In this document: positions 1 through 15,200 of the stretch, piece by piece
Layout of the letters: each line of letters begins with the position of its first letter
How positions within the stretch are numbered: position 1 is the first letter of the stretch
Translations under genes and position numbers: made by a program
Source: Eledone cirrhosa
Lineage: Eukaryota
Assembly (NCBI GenBank): GCA_964016885.1
Contig: OZ024744.1
Span: 36,208,001 to 36,272,000 of the forward strand
DNA: 64,000 nucleotides
Direction: 5' to 3'
Notes under the pieces: model-generated
Database searches by the model: none
What the model was told of the DNA's origin: nothing
What the model saw: only the letters and a program-made list of their open reading frames with translations

Positions 1-422
1 GCTCTGGTGGTGCTACCTACGTAGAAGTTGCTGCATTTGTCACACTCTAGTCTGTATACGACGTAAGTCTGGTGGCATATGTCTGTGTCGTTGATGGGGC
101 AGTTGGCTAGCCTGCAGCAGTTGTCATGTCTGGTGGAGTGTCTTTTGGTTAGCTGTCCGCGTAGAGAAGGACCCGAGTGGGCCAGTTGGATATCTAGTCC
201 CTCGCGTCTGATAGCTCTGCGGATGGCTGTTGTTGTTTCGTCACTGAAGTGTGGGAGCTTCAGGAAGCAAGTGTTAGTGCCTCAGGTGTGGTGTCCTCTG
301 TTCTTTCTGGCACGGTTTGTGGTGGATGTCGTGTATCCGTTCAGTTTGAGTACTTCCAGGAAATGTGTGGTGTGTGTGTCTCGGTCTCTAGCGTCGGTGC
401 ATTTGTTCCGGATACGTGTTAG
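1..422 (-). mobile_element. Penelope-like element fragment (RT thumb/linker + GIY-YIG endonuclease), runs off the window start
   Basis: Minus-strand translation reads ...LKLPHFSDETTTAIRRAIRREGLDIQLAHSGPSLR...CRLANCPINDTDICHQTYVVYRLECDKCSNFYVGSTTR, a GIY-YIG motif pair; one in-frame stop. Confidence 0.85.
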
Positions 423-502
423 TTCTAACGTGTTAGTTCTAACACGTATCCGGAACAAATGCACTGACGCTAGACCATACTCGAGGCACTAACACTTGCT
501 TC

Positions 503-1300
503 TGACGTAGTGGTGAAGTTTTATGTTCTAACATAGTCTCCTGTGGACCAAGAAGCCAACTCCACCCTGTTTCCTGTCATCTGCTATGTTAAAGATTATG
601 TGTTTGTTGTTGAGTTCGATGATTTATTCTCCAGGTCTACGCATATCGCTGATTCAAATAGCATCTTACTTGGTATTTTAGAATTCGTGATTTAAGTTTG
701 GTGAGATGGCTTTCTTCCGAAAGTGTACGAATGTTGTAGGCAGCCAAGTTGTGAGTTGTGACTCAAACATGGAAACAATTTTGAATACACTAATTTTCTT
801 TTCTCCCCATAAAGTATTGTGGGTGAATTCACGTATAAAAAATTTAAAAAAGGGGAAACAAAAGGAGAGAAAGAATAGGGAAATATAGAAAAAAAGAGAG
901 AAAGAAAGAAGAAACAGGACGGGAAGGGGAAGGGTTGGCAATAGCTCTGGTGTCGCTGAAGAGAGGGGAGGGGTGAGGGGGAGGTTGATTGGGCTTTGGG
1001 CCTAGGACAGAAGTGCTGCGCCCCCTTGACAAGAAGGCAAGAGCATTCTACCGGAAGATGGCCAGTGACATCCGCTGCAACAGCCACCCAACCCCGCGGG
1101 GCTCCCTCCTCAGACGGGCCTCCGACGCTCCGATCTTGCCAAGGAGCTCGGCAGTAAGGCGTCCAATGCCATTGTCTTTTCGATATGATTGTTGATCTTG
1201 TCTTTGTTGCCTGAGTAGTCGAATTTGGAACATCGTTAAAGGTGCTTGGTATAACTTGAGTTTTCCTCGGTCAATGCAAGCCCCGTCACCACGTCAAGGT
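503..1300 (-). mobile_element. RTE-clade LINE 5' fragment (probable 5' UTR + decayed APE N-terminus)
   Basis: Minus strand shows LAAYNIRTLSE, (I)SDMRRPGE and DRKQGGVGFLVHR, which are APE motifs. Extent of the UTR is approximate. Confidence 0.6.
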
Positions 1301-1319
1301 GTCACATCTAGATAAAGCA

Positions 1320-1560
1320 AAGATCCTGGCGAATCGAAAGGTGCAGTTTTTATAGTTCTGTACAAAAAAAGCCGACCCACAGGAGATCTTCGATTACCGC
1401 CCCATAAGTCTTCTAAACAATATCTACTAACTGTTCATAAAGATCATCACGAACACTATCACAAGAGTACTCGGTGAAAATCAGCCCAGAGAACAAGCCG
1501 GCTTCAGGAAAGCCTTCTCCACCGAAGATCAAATTCACAAAGTGAACTATATCATCATAA
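1320..1560 (+). mobile_element. RTE-clade RT fragment
   Basis: Translation DYRPISLLNNIY*LFIKIITNTITRVLGENQPREQAGFRKAFSTEDQIH matches RT subdomains 1-2. Confidence 0.8.
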
Positions 1561-1781
1561 TTTATTGCGCATCAATACTTTGATAATAATCAAAGAAAAA
1601 ATTATTGTAATTCATTTAAATGGATGTAAAATAAAATATGTCAATGGCTGGATTGATAAGAGGAAAAAGGTCAAGGAAAATCGCGAATTCAAGCATCTTT
1701 ACATAGCATGTTGTAATCAAGAATTTAAGAATATATATACATACATACATATATGTGTGCGTATGTGTGTCTGTGTGAGTC

Positions 1782-2934
<1,153 letters not shown>

Positions 2935-3564
2935 ACTCTCTATATATATATCTCTCACTCTCTTTTACCCCCTTCTCTCTTAGTTAAAAGACTTGAGTTT
3001 TAATTGTTTATTATTTTTGTTTAAGTTAAAGTGGAAGGGATTTAAAGAAACTTTATTTGAAAACAGGACTTGGCATTACTCATCTCTTTGAAAGTAATTT
3101 GGCACGTTGTCAAAAAACGTTACTGCAGTCATGGGCGGGCCATTATGCAAGATTTAAAGACACATTATCTCAAAACCAGGATATTTAGTTAGAGAAAATA
3201 CCTTGATGTCTAACATTGGCATCCTTGAGGATGGACAGTTACACAAATTCTCCCCTCTCTCACCTCTAGCTCTGAGACACATTTCATCCACGACCCGATA
3301 ACTGCTTCTGTTGGCTGGCTAAACCTAGTTGAGGACTAGAAGGCTGCAGAGGAGATGCGCCAAGCATTTGTAAGGTACACTAAAATGCCATGTGAACACA
3401 GAGTAGAACGTTTAAGGTGGCACACAATGACATTATTAGGTTAAGCACTGCGTTTCTTGTTTTTCCACATTGCTTGTCGAAGGACATCTGTCCTATTGAT
3501 TCCGTCTTTTTCATTTTCGTCACATAGATTTTTCTTGTTTGTCATATGTCTGCCTAGTATGCAT

Positions 3565-3935
3565 TTCATCGAGCTGAACAATCACTACCCCGGTTCAATA
3601 TCCTCAGTTTACTCAGGGAGTTCTCTGAATTTGGATGTAATAGTATCTGCATACCTGATCCTGATTTCTTTATCCACCAGCGCCTCCCACTTTATTCTCT
3701 AGGTTGAGCTGGTCCTGCCAGTTTTATGGGTTTTCTTAGATTTGGGTAGTCTCAAACTGCAGATAACTAGATAGGGACCAGTAAGCAGCTCAGCTCCTCT
3801 ATTAACACGATCATCCAGCACATCAGAGATTAGAGACTACAAGAAAATCGATTATTGATCTCTGCTCCCGATGTCCCTTATACCATGTGTGTTTGTGAAT
3901 GTCTTTGTGCTGGAAGAAGGTGTGTTCATAATAAC
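3565..3935 (-). mobile_element. RTE (Expander/Rex3-like) APE C-terminus + linker, inverted segment
   Basis: HTFFQHKDIHKHTWYKGHREQRSIIDFLVVSNL...RGAEL...LVICSLR...RIKWEALVD. Confidence 0.8.
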
Positions 3936-3939
3936 GACC

Positions 3940-4890
3940 GAGAGTGACAGGAGGACTACATGGTTCAATCAGGAGGGTAATTATACCATCCGAGCAAAGA
4001 CAGGGGTACAAATATTGGCTCGGAAATAAGTACTCCTTCTTACACTAACGGTACAAGCAAGCACGAAGAATCGTAGCAACAGTAAAGACGTCAAAAGTTA
4101 TGACTTGGTCAAGACTTTGGGGTTAAGCTGGAATCCGACTTCAGTCCAGCAAATAAAGTATTCTGGCAGACTATCCACCGACTTCGAAATATGAGGTCCC
4201 TCTCCATGCCTGCTATCAAGAACGAGTCTGAGGTTCCCACTTCAGAGAGGTGCCTCTTTGCAGGTTGGAGAGAATATTTTCTTGACCTCCTAAACCCGGT
4301 TACAATAACATCTGATGTACATACAGTGGAACATGGAGTGATGACTAACCTCGCGGGGGCTGAGATCACCAGAACAATTAAAGAGCTCAAATGTAGCCAA
4401 GCCTCTGTGGGCGATGAAATTCGATCCAATATCTTAATAGCCTTGAATAGGCATTCTCTGGCTGACTCATGTGACCTGGATCTCTCGAAAGGCACATAAG
4501 CAATGGCAATCAGGGATGAAAACCTAATTTTCAAAAAAGGAAGACAAGAAAGATTGCTCTAATTACTCCGGTAAAATCGAAGGTCAATGCCTGGTAAAGA
4601 GATGAATGGATTTTGTCAAATCCAAGCTAGCTGACGAACAGTGAGGCTTTCGCCTTAGACGCAACACAACTGAGCAAATATTCACATTGTGGCAGGTCTT
4701 TGAAAATTCGTGGGAGTATTGTCAACAGGTGTATGCTTGTTTTGTAGTACTCGAAAGGACATACGAGCGCATTCCACGGTATCTGTTGTGGAAGGTTCTG
4801 CAGAAGTATAGGATCGATGGACAACTTGTTGCTCTCGAATTTTTATACGAATGCCCTAATATTTGTTTTCGGATAAACGATTCTACGTCG
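3940..4890 (+). mobile_element. RTE (Expander/Rex3-like) linker + RT N-half, decayed
   Basis: RRTTWFNQE; NKVFWQTIHRLR; WREYFLDLLNP; EYCQQVYACFVVLERTYERIPRYLLWKVLQKYRIDG. Multiple frameshifts. Confidence 0.8.
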
Positions 4891-5039
4891 AAACAATTCA
4901 ACTGGTCACATACTCATCTTTTTAGCCTGTTGTGTAAACCAACATTTACTCTTATACAGAGCGTCGAGAAATTAGTAACAAATTAAAATTATATTAGACT
5001 TTGTAAAGCTGCCAAAACGTATATTAACTATAGAAAATT

Positions 5040-8000
5040 AAACTCCATGCATGATTTTTTTGCTGAGAAGCATGCAGTTTTTCATACATGGATTCACTAC
5101 GATACTGCTGAGCGACTTCGCTGGGTGTGAGATTTTGATTATCACACAAGGAATATCTCTCGAGGAGTTCTTTCCCAACTCTCATGATCTTATCTGTTTC
5201 ATGCAGATAGACTTGCTCGAGAGACGGGCTCCTACGCTTCGAGGTTCATAGATGTTGTCGGAGGGATATGATGCGACATTCAAATGCTGTCTGGACTGAT
5301 GTTAGGCCTCTGCCTCACTGCTTATGTTTGAAGTAAAGGCGGTTTATGTCACTGTTTATATGGACGTTTCCGGTGTTGTTCAGTATTTGTCGAGTTCTAA
5401 CAGCAACTGCTCATATTTCGTCTATCGTCCAATTGAGTATTCCAAACGTTGGTGTTAGGACAGGCACAGCTAACACATTGTGAGCCACTGTTTTGTTTTG
5501 CGCAGAGAGTTCCGATGACCATATCTTTCTTAATCGGGCGTAGTATTCACTGGTTACGCGTTCCTTATTATAGATACCATTATAGGATATGTTCTCATCT
5601 ATATCCAGATATCTGTAGCAGTCCTCATCAGATATCGGTGAAACAGTTAGACCATTGATGACAATGTTGCTAGATTGGGCTATTGTTTTTCCCCGCTTTA
5701 CAGTCTATATGAGTATTTATCTTGGCCAAACTCCATTCCTATATCCTTTGAGAATGTTGTAACCAGGTCAAGATTTTTCTTGATCCCATCCTTGTTCTTG
5801 GCATAGAGTTTCGGATCATCCACAAAGAAATTATGGGTTAGGTTCGTAGTTCTGTCATCCTCTGAGCCAATGATGTATCCTTCACATTTCTTGAGCAGAA
5901 AGGACAAGGGATTTAATGGCAGGATGAATAATATCACAGAGAGACTATCTCCCTGAAATATACCTCTGCGATATTTTATTTTATCAGTGAAAATAGAGTC
6001 CTCCTTCTCTGTCTTTAACCTTAGGATAGAAGCCCAAGAAGAAGACAGCTTCTCTATAGCTCTGATAATAATGTCTGGGACTTTAGCAAGTAGGAGGGCC
6101 CCTATCATCCAAGAGTGGGCAACAGAATCGAAAGCTTTCCTGTAGTCCAGCCAGACTGTAGCCATATTCCTCCTAAGTTGTCGCACCTCCGACATCGCAG
6201 TTTTGTTGATTAGAAGTTGTTCAGCACATCTCCAAACCCCTTTCTCTCCAGCTGCTTGTTCATCTGTGATGATGTTATTATTTTCATAGTGATCTTGGTG
6301 GAATAGGTTCAGGCAGGCTGTATACATCTTATACATCAGGTTCTGGCATGCAATGTTTTTTGCCAAGTGGGTGTCTTTGTTCTTGGGGACCAGTAATGTT
6401 TGTGCTAATGTCAACCATTCTGGTATAAGTGTATCTCCCTTAAGAACCTGTTGGTAGAGGTCAGTAAGATACCTCCGATAGAATATCAGTTTTTTGTACC
6501 AGTAGTCGACAATGATGTCCCTTCCTGGTGTTTTCGTATCTTGGAGTTTTCCTATCATAGTTTCAAGGGTACGTACCCTCACTTATTTCGTATGTTTTTG
6601 TTGTAGTGTAAGAGCAATAGTTCTTTCGGATTTCTTTTAGCCACACTGCATCTTGGTTGAACTTCTTCTTTTCACCCCATATTTTCCTCCAAAAGGAATC
6701 TATGTCTTTCTGGGATGGGGCTTCAGTGACACATTTTATTTTGCCCTTCATATCTCTATAGACTGATGTTTGGTTTCGTCTGAATCTTTTATTAAGCACT
6801 TTTCTTTCATCTACCTTCTTCAGGTATTGCCGTTTTTCGTTAATAGCTATCAATTCTTGTTTGAGGATGATCAGCTTATATTGAAGAGTTCTAGTTCTAC
6901 TGTTACCAAACATCGTCTCTATTTTATTTTTCACGCTTTGCTGGTGAGGAGTGAGGTTTTTTGTGTTTGTTTGCATGTAAGGAGCATTGTCACATATCCT
7001 ATGGTTTTTCGTAGGTCAGCAAGCTTTTTTTCTATTTTAGTTATCTATGATGGTATTTTTGGTGGTGTTTTGTTCTTGTTAATATCTCTGCTATCACCAA
7101 GATAATGCTTCACTGTCATTGCTAAGGCATATAAACAGGCGTTGATTTGCCAAAATGCTGGGGTTTTTATCCGTCGTAAATATTCATCCCCTATTTCGTC
7201 AATAACACGTAATATTTCATTATTTTTTTAATTATTTTTTTTATTACGTTCAGCAAGAGAAATGTTTATACATGAATTAATTTCTCTCTGGAAGATTTCC
7301 TTGAGGGAAATTTTCAATTGTTTATACTTTTGATTATTTTCCACAACAGTCGAGGTAGACTCGGATGGTACACGTGGTGTCAAATTTCTTCGATTATTAT
7401 TATCATCGATAGTGTTTTCCCCAGCTTTCCAGGTAGACTTAGATGGTACACGTGGTGTCAAGTTTCTTACAGACATAGTTGTTTCAACATGGCTGCTAGA
7501 AGTTTCTTACAGACATAGTTGTTTCGATATGGCTGCTAGAAAGTCTAGTAGCAAGGCGACCTGTAGCACGTGTTGTTGATTCCATATTTGTTGTGGGAGA
7601 TTTACAATTAATAATATTTATCTTATTTTTACGTTCAACAAACGTCGCTTGTTGACGTAATTGTTTCGCTGTGAAATAATTTAGCTCTGGGTGTATTCTG
7701 TCCCAGTGTAGCTTCATTCTATTCATATAGCCAATGGAGGGACTGTTTTTTGCCATTTTATAACAATTAAATAAGTCATTATTAAGTTCGCAACTCCAAG
7801 AGAAATGCGATTTATAATTTCGGTTTCTTCTGTAGCTACAACTGAATAAATTTTGTTCACCTTTCTCGTTATTCTTCGGTACTACACTGATGTTGTTGTT
7901 GTTGATGTTGTATTCAGCCATACTGTTTGTAGCAAATCCTTGTAAAATGAATTGTGCATTTAGTCGGATATCTCTACGAATTCGAATAAAATGTGTCTTC

Positions 8001-8125
8001 CGTGGATACAGTTATTCAACATAACTGTAGTTGTGGCATTACTGTTGGAGATAGTATTCATCTTAAATGTAATAAAAAGTCTCCCACGCCAAACTATGCG
8101 ACTGATCGCGTTGACTGACTGACCA
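5040..8125 (-). mobile_element. R4/Dong-clade non-LTR retrotransposon, decayed, RLE 3' end not seen
   Basis: R4-type N-terminus (WSCELNNDLFNCY...GYMNRMKLHW...TAKQLRQQA, 7496-7921). RT motifs WLDYRKAFDSV, RRGIFQGDSLS, FFVDD (5698-6582). Internal tandem duplications at ~7353-7540. Confidence 0.88.
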
Positions 8126-8143
8126 TGTATATATGTATGTATG

Positions 8144-8370
8144 TCAGGTCGCTCTCGAGTCCTATTGGTAATATGTAACCCAGTACAACCTGTTAGCGAC
8201 TAAACCGGCAACCCCACCAAGCTACGTTGGTGATGAGTGTGAAATGTGGACACCCTGCGGGATGAAATACAAGCCCCGGCAAAAGGCGGAGGAACTTAGC
8301 AGAGTCAACGGCCATCCAAATAGTAGTCTTTTGTTTTGGAGTTTTTTTTTCCACCTGGGAGTGAAAGGCC
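8144..8370 (+). repeat. Interspersed repeat resembling an RTE 5' region; homologous copy on the - strand at ~22930-23165
   Basis: Shared CCCAGTACAACCTGT, GCGACTAAAC(C/T)GGCAACCC and GAGTCAA..GCCATCCAAA blocks. Confidence 0.6.
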
Positions 8371-8379
8371 CTTAGATAC

Positions 8380-9607
<1,228 letters not shown>

Positions 9608-9608
9608 T

Positions 9609-10630
9609 TAGTCTTAGATTCTTCCGCGCCGTTCGGCGCATCGAGCCGTGAGTATTCGCCAACGGTCACGATCAGCGGCAACGTTTTCGAGACCGTGACA
9701 GGTGATGTTGACTGCCATCAGATCCTTCCGGAACTTTCATCGCCAGGTGATCCTTGGGCAACCCCGCCTCCGTTTACCGCCAGGCGGAGTCCAGTTCATC
9801 GCTGTTTTCGAATGCCGTTCATTTGGCAGACGCAGAATATGGCCAGCCAGACCTCACCGACGCTCCGTGACCACTCTCTGTAGCGTCCACGACTCGGCTC
9901 TCCGCAGGATCTCCTTGTTTCGCTCTCGGTCGCGCCAGGACACACGAAGGATCTTTCGCAGGCACCGCTGGTGGCAAGCGTTCAGCCGTCTCTCTATTTT
10001 TGCCGTACTCTTTCAGGTTTCGCTTGCATAAAGCAGTGTCGGCAGCACGATGCTGTTGTACAGGCGGAGCTTGGTCTTGGTGCTAATGCATGAAGACGAC
10101 CATACTGGGCACAGCCGCTGGAATACTGCGGCTCCTTTGCCGATCCGACAGTTGATGTCGAGCTCCGCGTTGCCTCTGCTTGTCAGGATGCTACCCAGAT
10201 AGGTGAAGTGATAGACTTCCTCGAGGTCCTGTTGTTTGACTCTGATAACTGGACCTGTGTTGCTGGCCGTTCTCATGACCTTGGTCTTTTTGGTGTTGAT
10301 TCTCAGGCCGATCATTTCCGCACTCTCTTGTAGGGATGTTGTTAGGGCCTGCAGATCTGCACTGATTTCAGCGATCAAAACGATGTCGCCGGCGAATGCC
10401 AGGTCCCTCAGCCTCGACTGCCCTCTCCATGGGATTCCTCGACCGGGTTCTTCATCCATTCGCCTTAATACGAAATCGGCTGCCAGCAGGAACAACAGTG
10501 GAGAGAGAATGCAACCCTGTCTGACTCCCGAGACAATGTCAAAGAACTCCGTCGTACCGGACTCAGTCCGCACGCAGCAGCTGAAGTTTTCATACAGGGC
10601 CTTGAAAATGGCGATGAATCTTGCAGGAAT
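9609..10630 (-). mobile_element. 5'-truncated RTE-clade LINE (RT C-half + 3' end)
   Basis: GVRQGCILSPLLF, LAFAGDI (degenerate FADD), FTYLGS, TKLRLYNSIVLPTLLYASET. The 3' end abuts (TA)n. Confidence 0.9.
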
Positions 10631-10860
10631 TGTGATAAAGAACTAGAAGATTTCTTATCCGGATTAGAAAAAGAATGTTTATGATTGGAAAATCTCAGTT
10701 TAAAGTTCGATGAAGTTGCACCTATGTAGTTATAGGTAATATTATTATTTGCTTTAATGGTAGATTTATATATTAAGTTCTTATCAAGGCAGTTACTTTG
10801 CAAAGGTATTCAGATTTTCTTCTACAGTTACAGTTCGATTTCATGTTATTTCTATAATCT
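10630..10860 (-). mobile_element. Penelope-like GIY-YIG fragment
   Basis: CNCRRK...NCLDKNLIYKSTIK...YIGATSSNFKLRFSNHKHSF. Confidence 0.8.
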
Positions 10861-10881
10861 AAACTGTTCGCATTATCATTG

Positions 10882-10980
10882 CCGAGGTTGACTTTGCCTT
10901 TCATCTTTACGGGGTCGATAAAATAAAGTACCAGTAATGCACTGGTTAATTGCTGGCCTTGTGCCTAAAGTAGAAACAAT
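10882..10980 (+). mobile_element. SINE body/tail fragment (Deu/Nin-domain-like)
   Basis: GCCGAGGTTGACTTTGCCTTTCATC...GGGGTCGATAAAAT...GCTGGCCTTGTGCC; same family at 16000-16170, 44752-44845 and 48244-48420. Confidence 0.75.
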
Positions 10981-11377
10981 TATCATTGCTAATACTTGTA
11001 GGTGTTCTACTGTAAGTGCTTAAATTAATGTTATTGTTATTCTCTGTAACTATAGTATTATTATTATTAATATTGTCATTATCGCTAATTATTCCTTTTC
11101 TACTCTATTTAGCTCTCTCTCATTTGTTTTTTTCTCTAATACGGATATTTACATATTTATATTTAATTATTTAAATATTTAACAGTTATGTACTGATGTG
11201 TTTATGTATTTTACTTATCTATATATGTATGTATTTATTTTTTTCTAGACATTTTCCTACGTACCCTCTCAATTATATGTAGTTTGTCACTGCTTATGGT
11301 ATATAAATATGGTATATAAATATTGAGTTTTGTCATTACTAATCACTGCCAAGTTGAGGTATGTCAGACATCAATTC

Positions 11378-11441
11378 ATTTTATCTGATGAGGACGTACT
11401 GAGGAAACAGCACAGTACCTCTGAAATATATATAATAAAAT
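11378..11441 (+). ncRNA. Type I hammerhead ribozyme (PLE-type)
   Basis: ATTTTAT-CTGATGA-G..GTACTG/CAGTAC..-GAAA-TATATA-TA-ATAAAAT. Stem I is ATTTTAT/ATAAAAT; stem III is palindromic. Confidence 0.72.
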
Positions 11442-11947
11442 ATATTTGATCACATGAATGTCTATATTTATTAATATTTTGAATTAATATATTATATATA
11501 TATATATATTTCCACATGTGCGTTTTATTTTTCATAATCACGCATGATGGTGAACTAGCCTATTTTAAATTCCCTTTTTGGCATATTAATCTGTGAGAAT
11601 TTTGGTTATTGAGTTGAGCTCTGCTGAGGATCGAATTCCAACCGTGACCATCTCCACTGAAAGTTTTCGTGAAATAGTCTTTAAGACTATACAGAGCATT
11701 TGAAGTTTTTCCAAATTGAAGGATGAGTATTTTAGACTTTATTTTATCATGAGTTAAGGGTCTATTGATTTTTCCCTGGATTTCACTAAATTCTGTGGAT
11801 GACTTTATATCCTGATTCTCTTTGAGATGAGTTTGAATTATTTTTCCCACATCTTACGTTAACTATTTTTCACATTTTGACGCTATAGTCACTTATATAT
11901 TATGGAATACTGTTGGCTTTTTTGATACAATGTTTTCTATACCTTTC

Positions 11948-12034
<87 letters not shown>

Positions 12035-12060
12035 TATATATATGTATGTATATATATATA

Positions 12061-14256
12061 TCCTCGTGTCCTACACAATTTTGTGTCTCATCAACGTCAG
12101 TATGGATTTATACGAACTGGATTACTCCCTGAAGAACATTCCCACTCCCTCCAACCATGTTTACCAAAAAAGCTTCTCCTACAAAATGTCGTCAGACGCT
12201 TAGAATGGCGAGCCCTAGCTTTTGACGGAAAAATTACAGGCACGAATAACACCTTCGTTCTTTCCGACAAAACTAATAATATTTACGAAGTCGACAACAC
12301 CACTTTCCGCCACCTGGCCCATAACGCTATTACTTCTAAATATAAGAAATCTAAGCCTATGGCCTACCGCGACATTAATACAGAAGCCAAGGAACTTGCC
12401 GCCGACTTTAGGGTAGATAAGAGGTTACTATCTCTAGCTAAGCGGCAAGTGTTCCTCACCCTGAAAGATCACAAGGTAGACTTTACTTCTAACCCCACAT
12501 GTAGACTAATAAACTCGGCACACACAGACATGGGACTAGTCAGTAAGGCCACACTTAGAAACATAGTTAAGACCATTAGGACCGAGTCCAACCTGTCCAA
12601 GTGGGAGAACAGCGATTCCGTAATTAAGTGGTTTAACTCCTTAAAATCCAAAAAAGCGGAGTTCACACAGTTTGACATCGTCGATTTTTACCCGTCAATT
12701 TCAGAGACCCTGTTAAACAAAGCGTTGGACTTCGCTACCACTTACACCACCGTCGATGGTTTACACAGGGAAATCATCGCTCAGTGCCGGAAATACCTCC
12801 TCTTCAACGACGGAGTAGCCTGGGCAAAGAAGTCTACAACTTCAGACCTATTCGACGCCTCCATGGGATCGTTTGACAGTGCTGACGTATTTTAGACATA
12901 TTACGTGTTAGACTCCCGGACTTCCACACGGAAATATACGGCGAAGATGGACTGACCTTATCGAGCCATAAAATTGGTCACGACCTCGACCGGTTTAAAC
13001 AAAAATTAGCTTCTACCTTCAATGAGTTAGGACTTAGGATAACAGTAGCTACCAACCTCTCTAGCGTAGATTTCTTAGACATTAATTTAGACCTTCGCAC
13101 ACACACCTACAGACCCTTCCATAAGCTAAACAAAAAACTCAATTACATTCACAAGGACTCATGCCAACCTCCCACTGTTTTTAGCAAAATTCGTAAATAA
13201 TATCAGTACTAGAATCTCCAACCTCTCCTCTAACAAGGCTATCTTTGACAGGGCGGCACCCTACTGTAACACGGCGTTAGCTAACAGCGGCTTCTCGCAA
13301 CCTATCACTTACTCTCCCACTAGCAACAACAGCAATAATAAAAGAAAGCGCCACAATAGACAAACTATCTGATTCTCTCCTCCCTTCTCACTGAACGTTA
13401 AAACCAATGTAGGCAAAACATTTCTAGCCCTCTTACATAGACACATCCCCATAGGTCATAAATACAGCTCCATCTTTAACCGACACGAAGTAAAACTAGG
13501 ATACTCCTGCGCTAAGAGCATGAAGGCCCACATCACCAGCAGCCCTAGGAGCAACACCCCACCAGGGTGCTCTTGCCGTAAGCCCGAAGCTTGTCCCCTT
13601 CAACAGCAATGCAACACACCCGCTGTAATTTATGAAGCTGTGGTCACTTCCAACCGACCAAATCAACCACATGAGGTCAAATCCTATGTGGGTATGGCGG
13701 AGGGCCGATTTAAGGAACGCTTCCTGAACCACCAGTCGAACTTTAGGTACGCGGACAGACGTTAATCCACGAAACTCGCGAGCCACGTATGGTCCCTCAA
13801 GGACTCAAGTATAGACTACTCCATTCAATGGAAAGCCATCACTAAGTCCAAGCCATACGCAAGGGGAAATCCGTCGTGTGGACTTTGTATTGATGAACGA
13901 ATAGATATTTTAAAGAGATTATGCAATAGTGATTGCCTAAACACGAGAAATGAATTCTTCACACGTTGTCCACACGTCTCGAAACACCTCTTACATAACT
14001 ACAAAGCTCCGGATTGAATCACAAAAAAACATCCTAATTTTCTTATCAACTAGAAACTTTTCGGACTTTCGCAGTTATCTCCCTTACACCTCTCGCACGC
14101 ATTTTAGTATTGCCTGTGTGAAGTGATCGGTTTCTGCGCATGCGCGTTCGTACGGTTGTCCTTCCTGTTCCGTATAACCATGTCCATTACGAACTGAGGA
14201 TCTGGTAAGGTGAAATAATTGTTCTCGGTATGGTGAACTAACTGTTGTGTAACCAC

Positions 14257-14258
<2 letters not shown>
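12061..14258 (+). mobile_element. Near-full-length decayed Penelope-like element (Naiad-like; RT + C-terminal GIY-YIG), flanked by (TA)n on both sides
   Basis: YSLKNIPTPS; NPTCRLINS; FDIVDFYPSI; MGSFDSAD; CSCRKPEACPL..C...VIYEA..YVGMAEGRFKERFLNH; CGLC...LNTRNE...CPH. Degenerate minimal hammerhead at ~14189-14228 (CTGAGGA...GAAATAATTGTT). Confidence 0.88.
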
Positions 14259-14334
<76 letters not shown>

Positions 14335-14340
<6 letters not shown>

Positions 14341-14542
14341 CTTCAAAATATTAATAAATATAGACATTCATGTGATCAAATATATTTTATTATACATATT
14401 TCAGAGGTACTGAGCTATTTCAACAGTATGTTCTCACCAGATAAAATAAGTTGTTGAAATAGCTCAGTACTTCTGAAATATGTATAATAAAATATATTTG
14501 ATCACATGAATGTCTATATTTATTAATATTTTGAAGTAATAT
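14335..14542. repeat. 91-bp inverted repeat (26-nt spacer) of the hammerhead-bearing repeat family seen at 11378-11490
   Basis: 14335-14425 is the reverse complement of 14452-14542 with one mismatch. Confidence 0.92.
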
Positions 14543-14628
14543 TAATAACTCCAGAATACCTTACTGTAGAGTGCTTCTAATCTATTGTGAAACATTATTC
14601 ATTGATGAATTCATTGAACCTTTTAAAC

Positions 14629-14758
<130 letters not shown>

Positions 14759-14761
14759 GTT

Positions 14762-15200
14762 CTGGTTTTATATTTTCACAAAGTTTTACCAATAGAGAGA
14801 GAGTCGGTTTCTAACATAGACGCAGGACTCTCATTGGAATTTACACAACATCAACTAGGTAGATATATATGTCTGCATGCATGTGTAGATATGGATGTTA
14901 TTGTATGTGTGGATGTGTATGCTTTGAGTTGTATATGCTTTGTATCTGTACATGTGTATATGCAGTTATTAGATGCACAATTTTTGGAATGTTTTACATA
15001 TTTTTACTGTTCCATTAATGGATTGTACTTGTAATTTCCTAACTAGTTGTGTTCTTTCTGTCCCTCTGAAGCCTAGCTTCTCAAGATTTGTATTGAGGCA
15101 GTTACTAACATATCCCAGTGCCCCAATAATCACAGGCATAAATCTGAAGGTGTAATCAGGGTGGAGTGGAGTATCTGCAGATTTCTCATCAGTTCTGTAT
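14762..15200 (-). mobile_element. 5'-truncated R4-type RLE 3' end, between (TACA)n tracts
   Basis: PDYTFRFMPVIIGALGYVSNCL...LQVQSINGTVKICKTFQ, followed by a 3' UTR. Confidence 0.75.

Noticed and set aside
11560-11850. 96-aa - strand ORF between the hammerhead repeat and the PLE
   Set aside because: No recognisable motif or splice context; cannot be called.
12061-14258. Selenoprotein recoding as described for some Naiad PLEs
   Set aside because: Conserved Cys positions are TGY. The TGA near 13370 falls at a Trp position (IWF.PP) in a copy with other stops.
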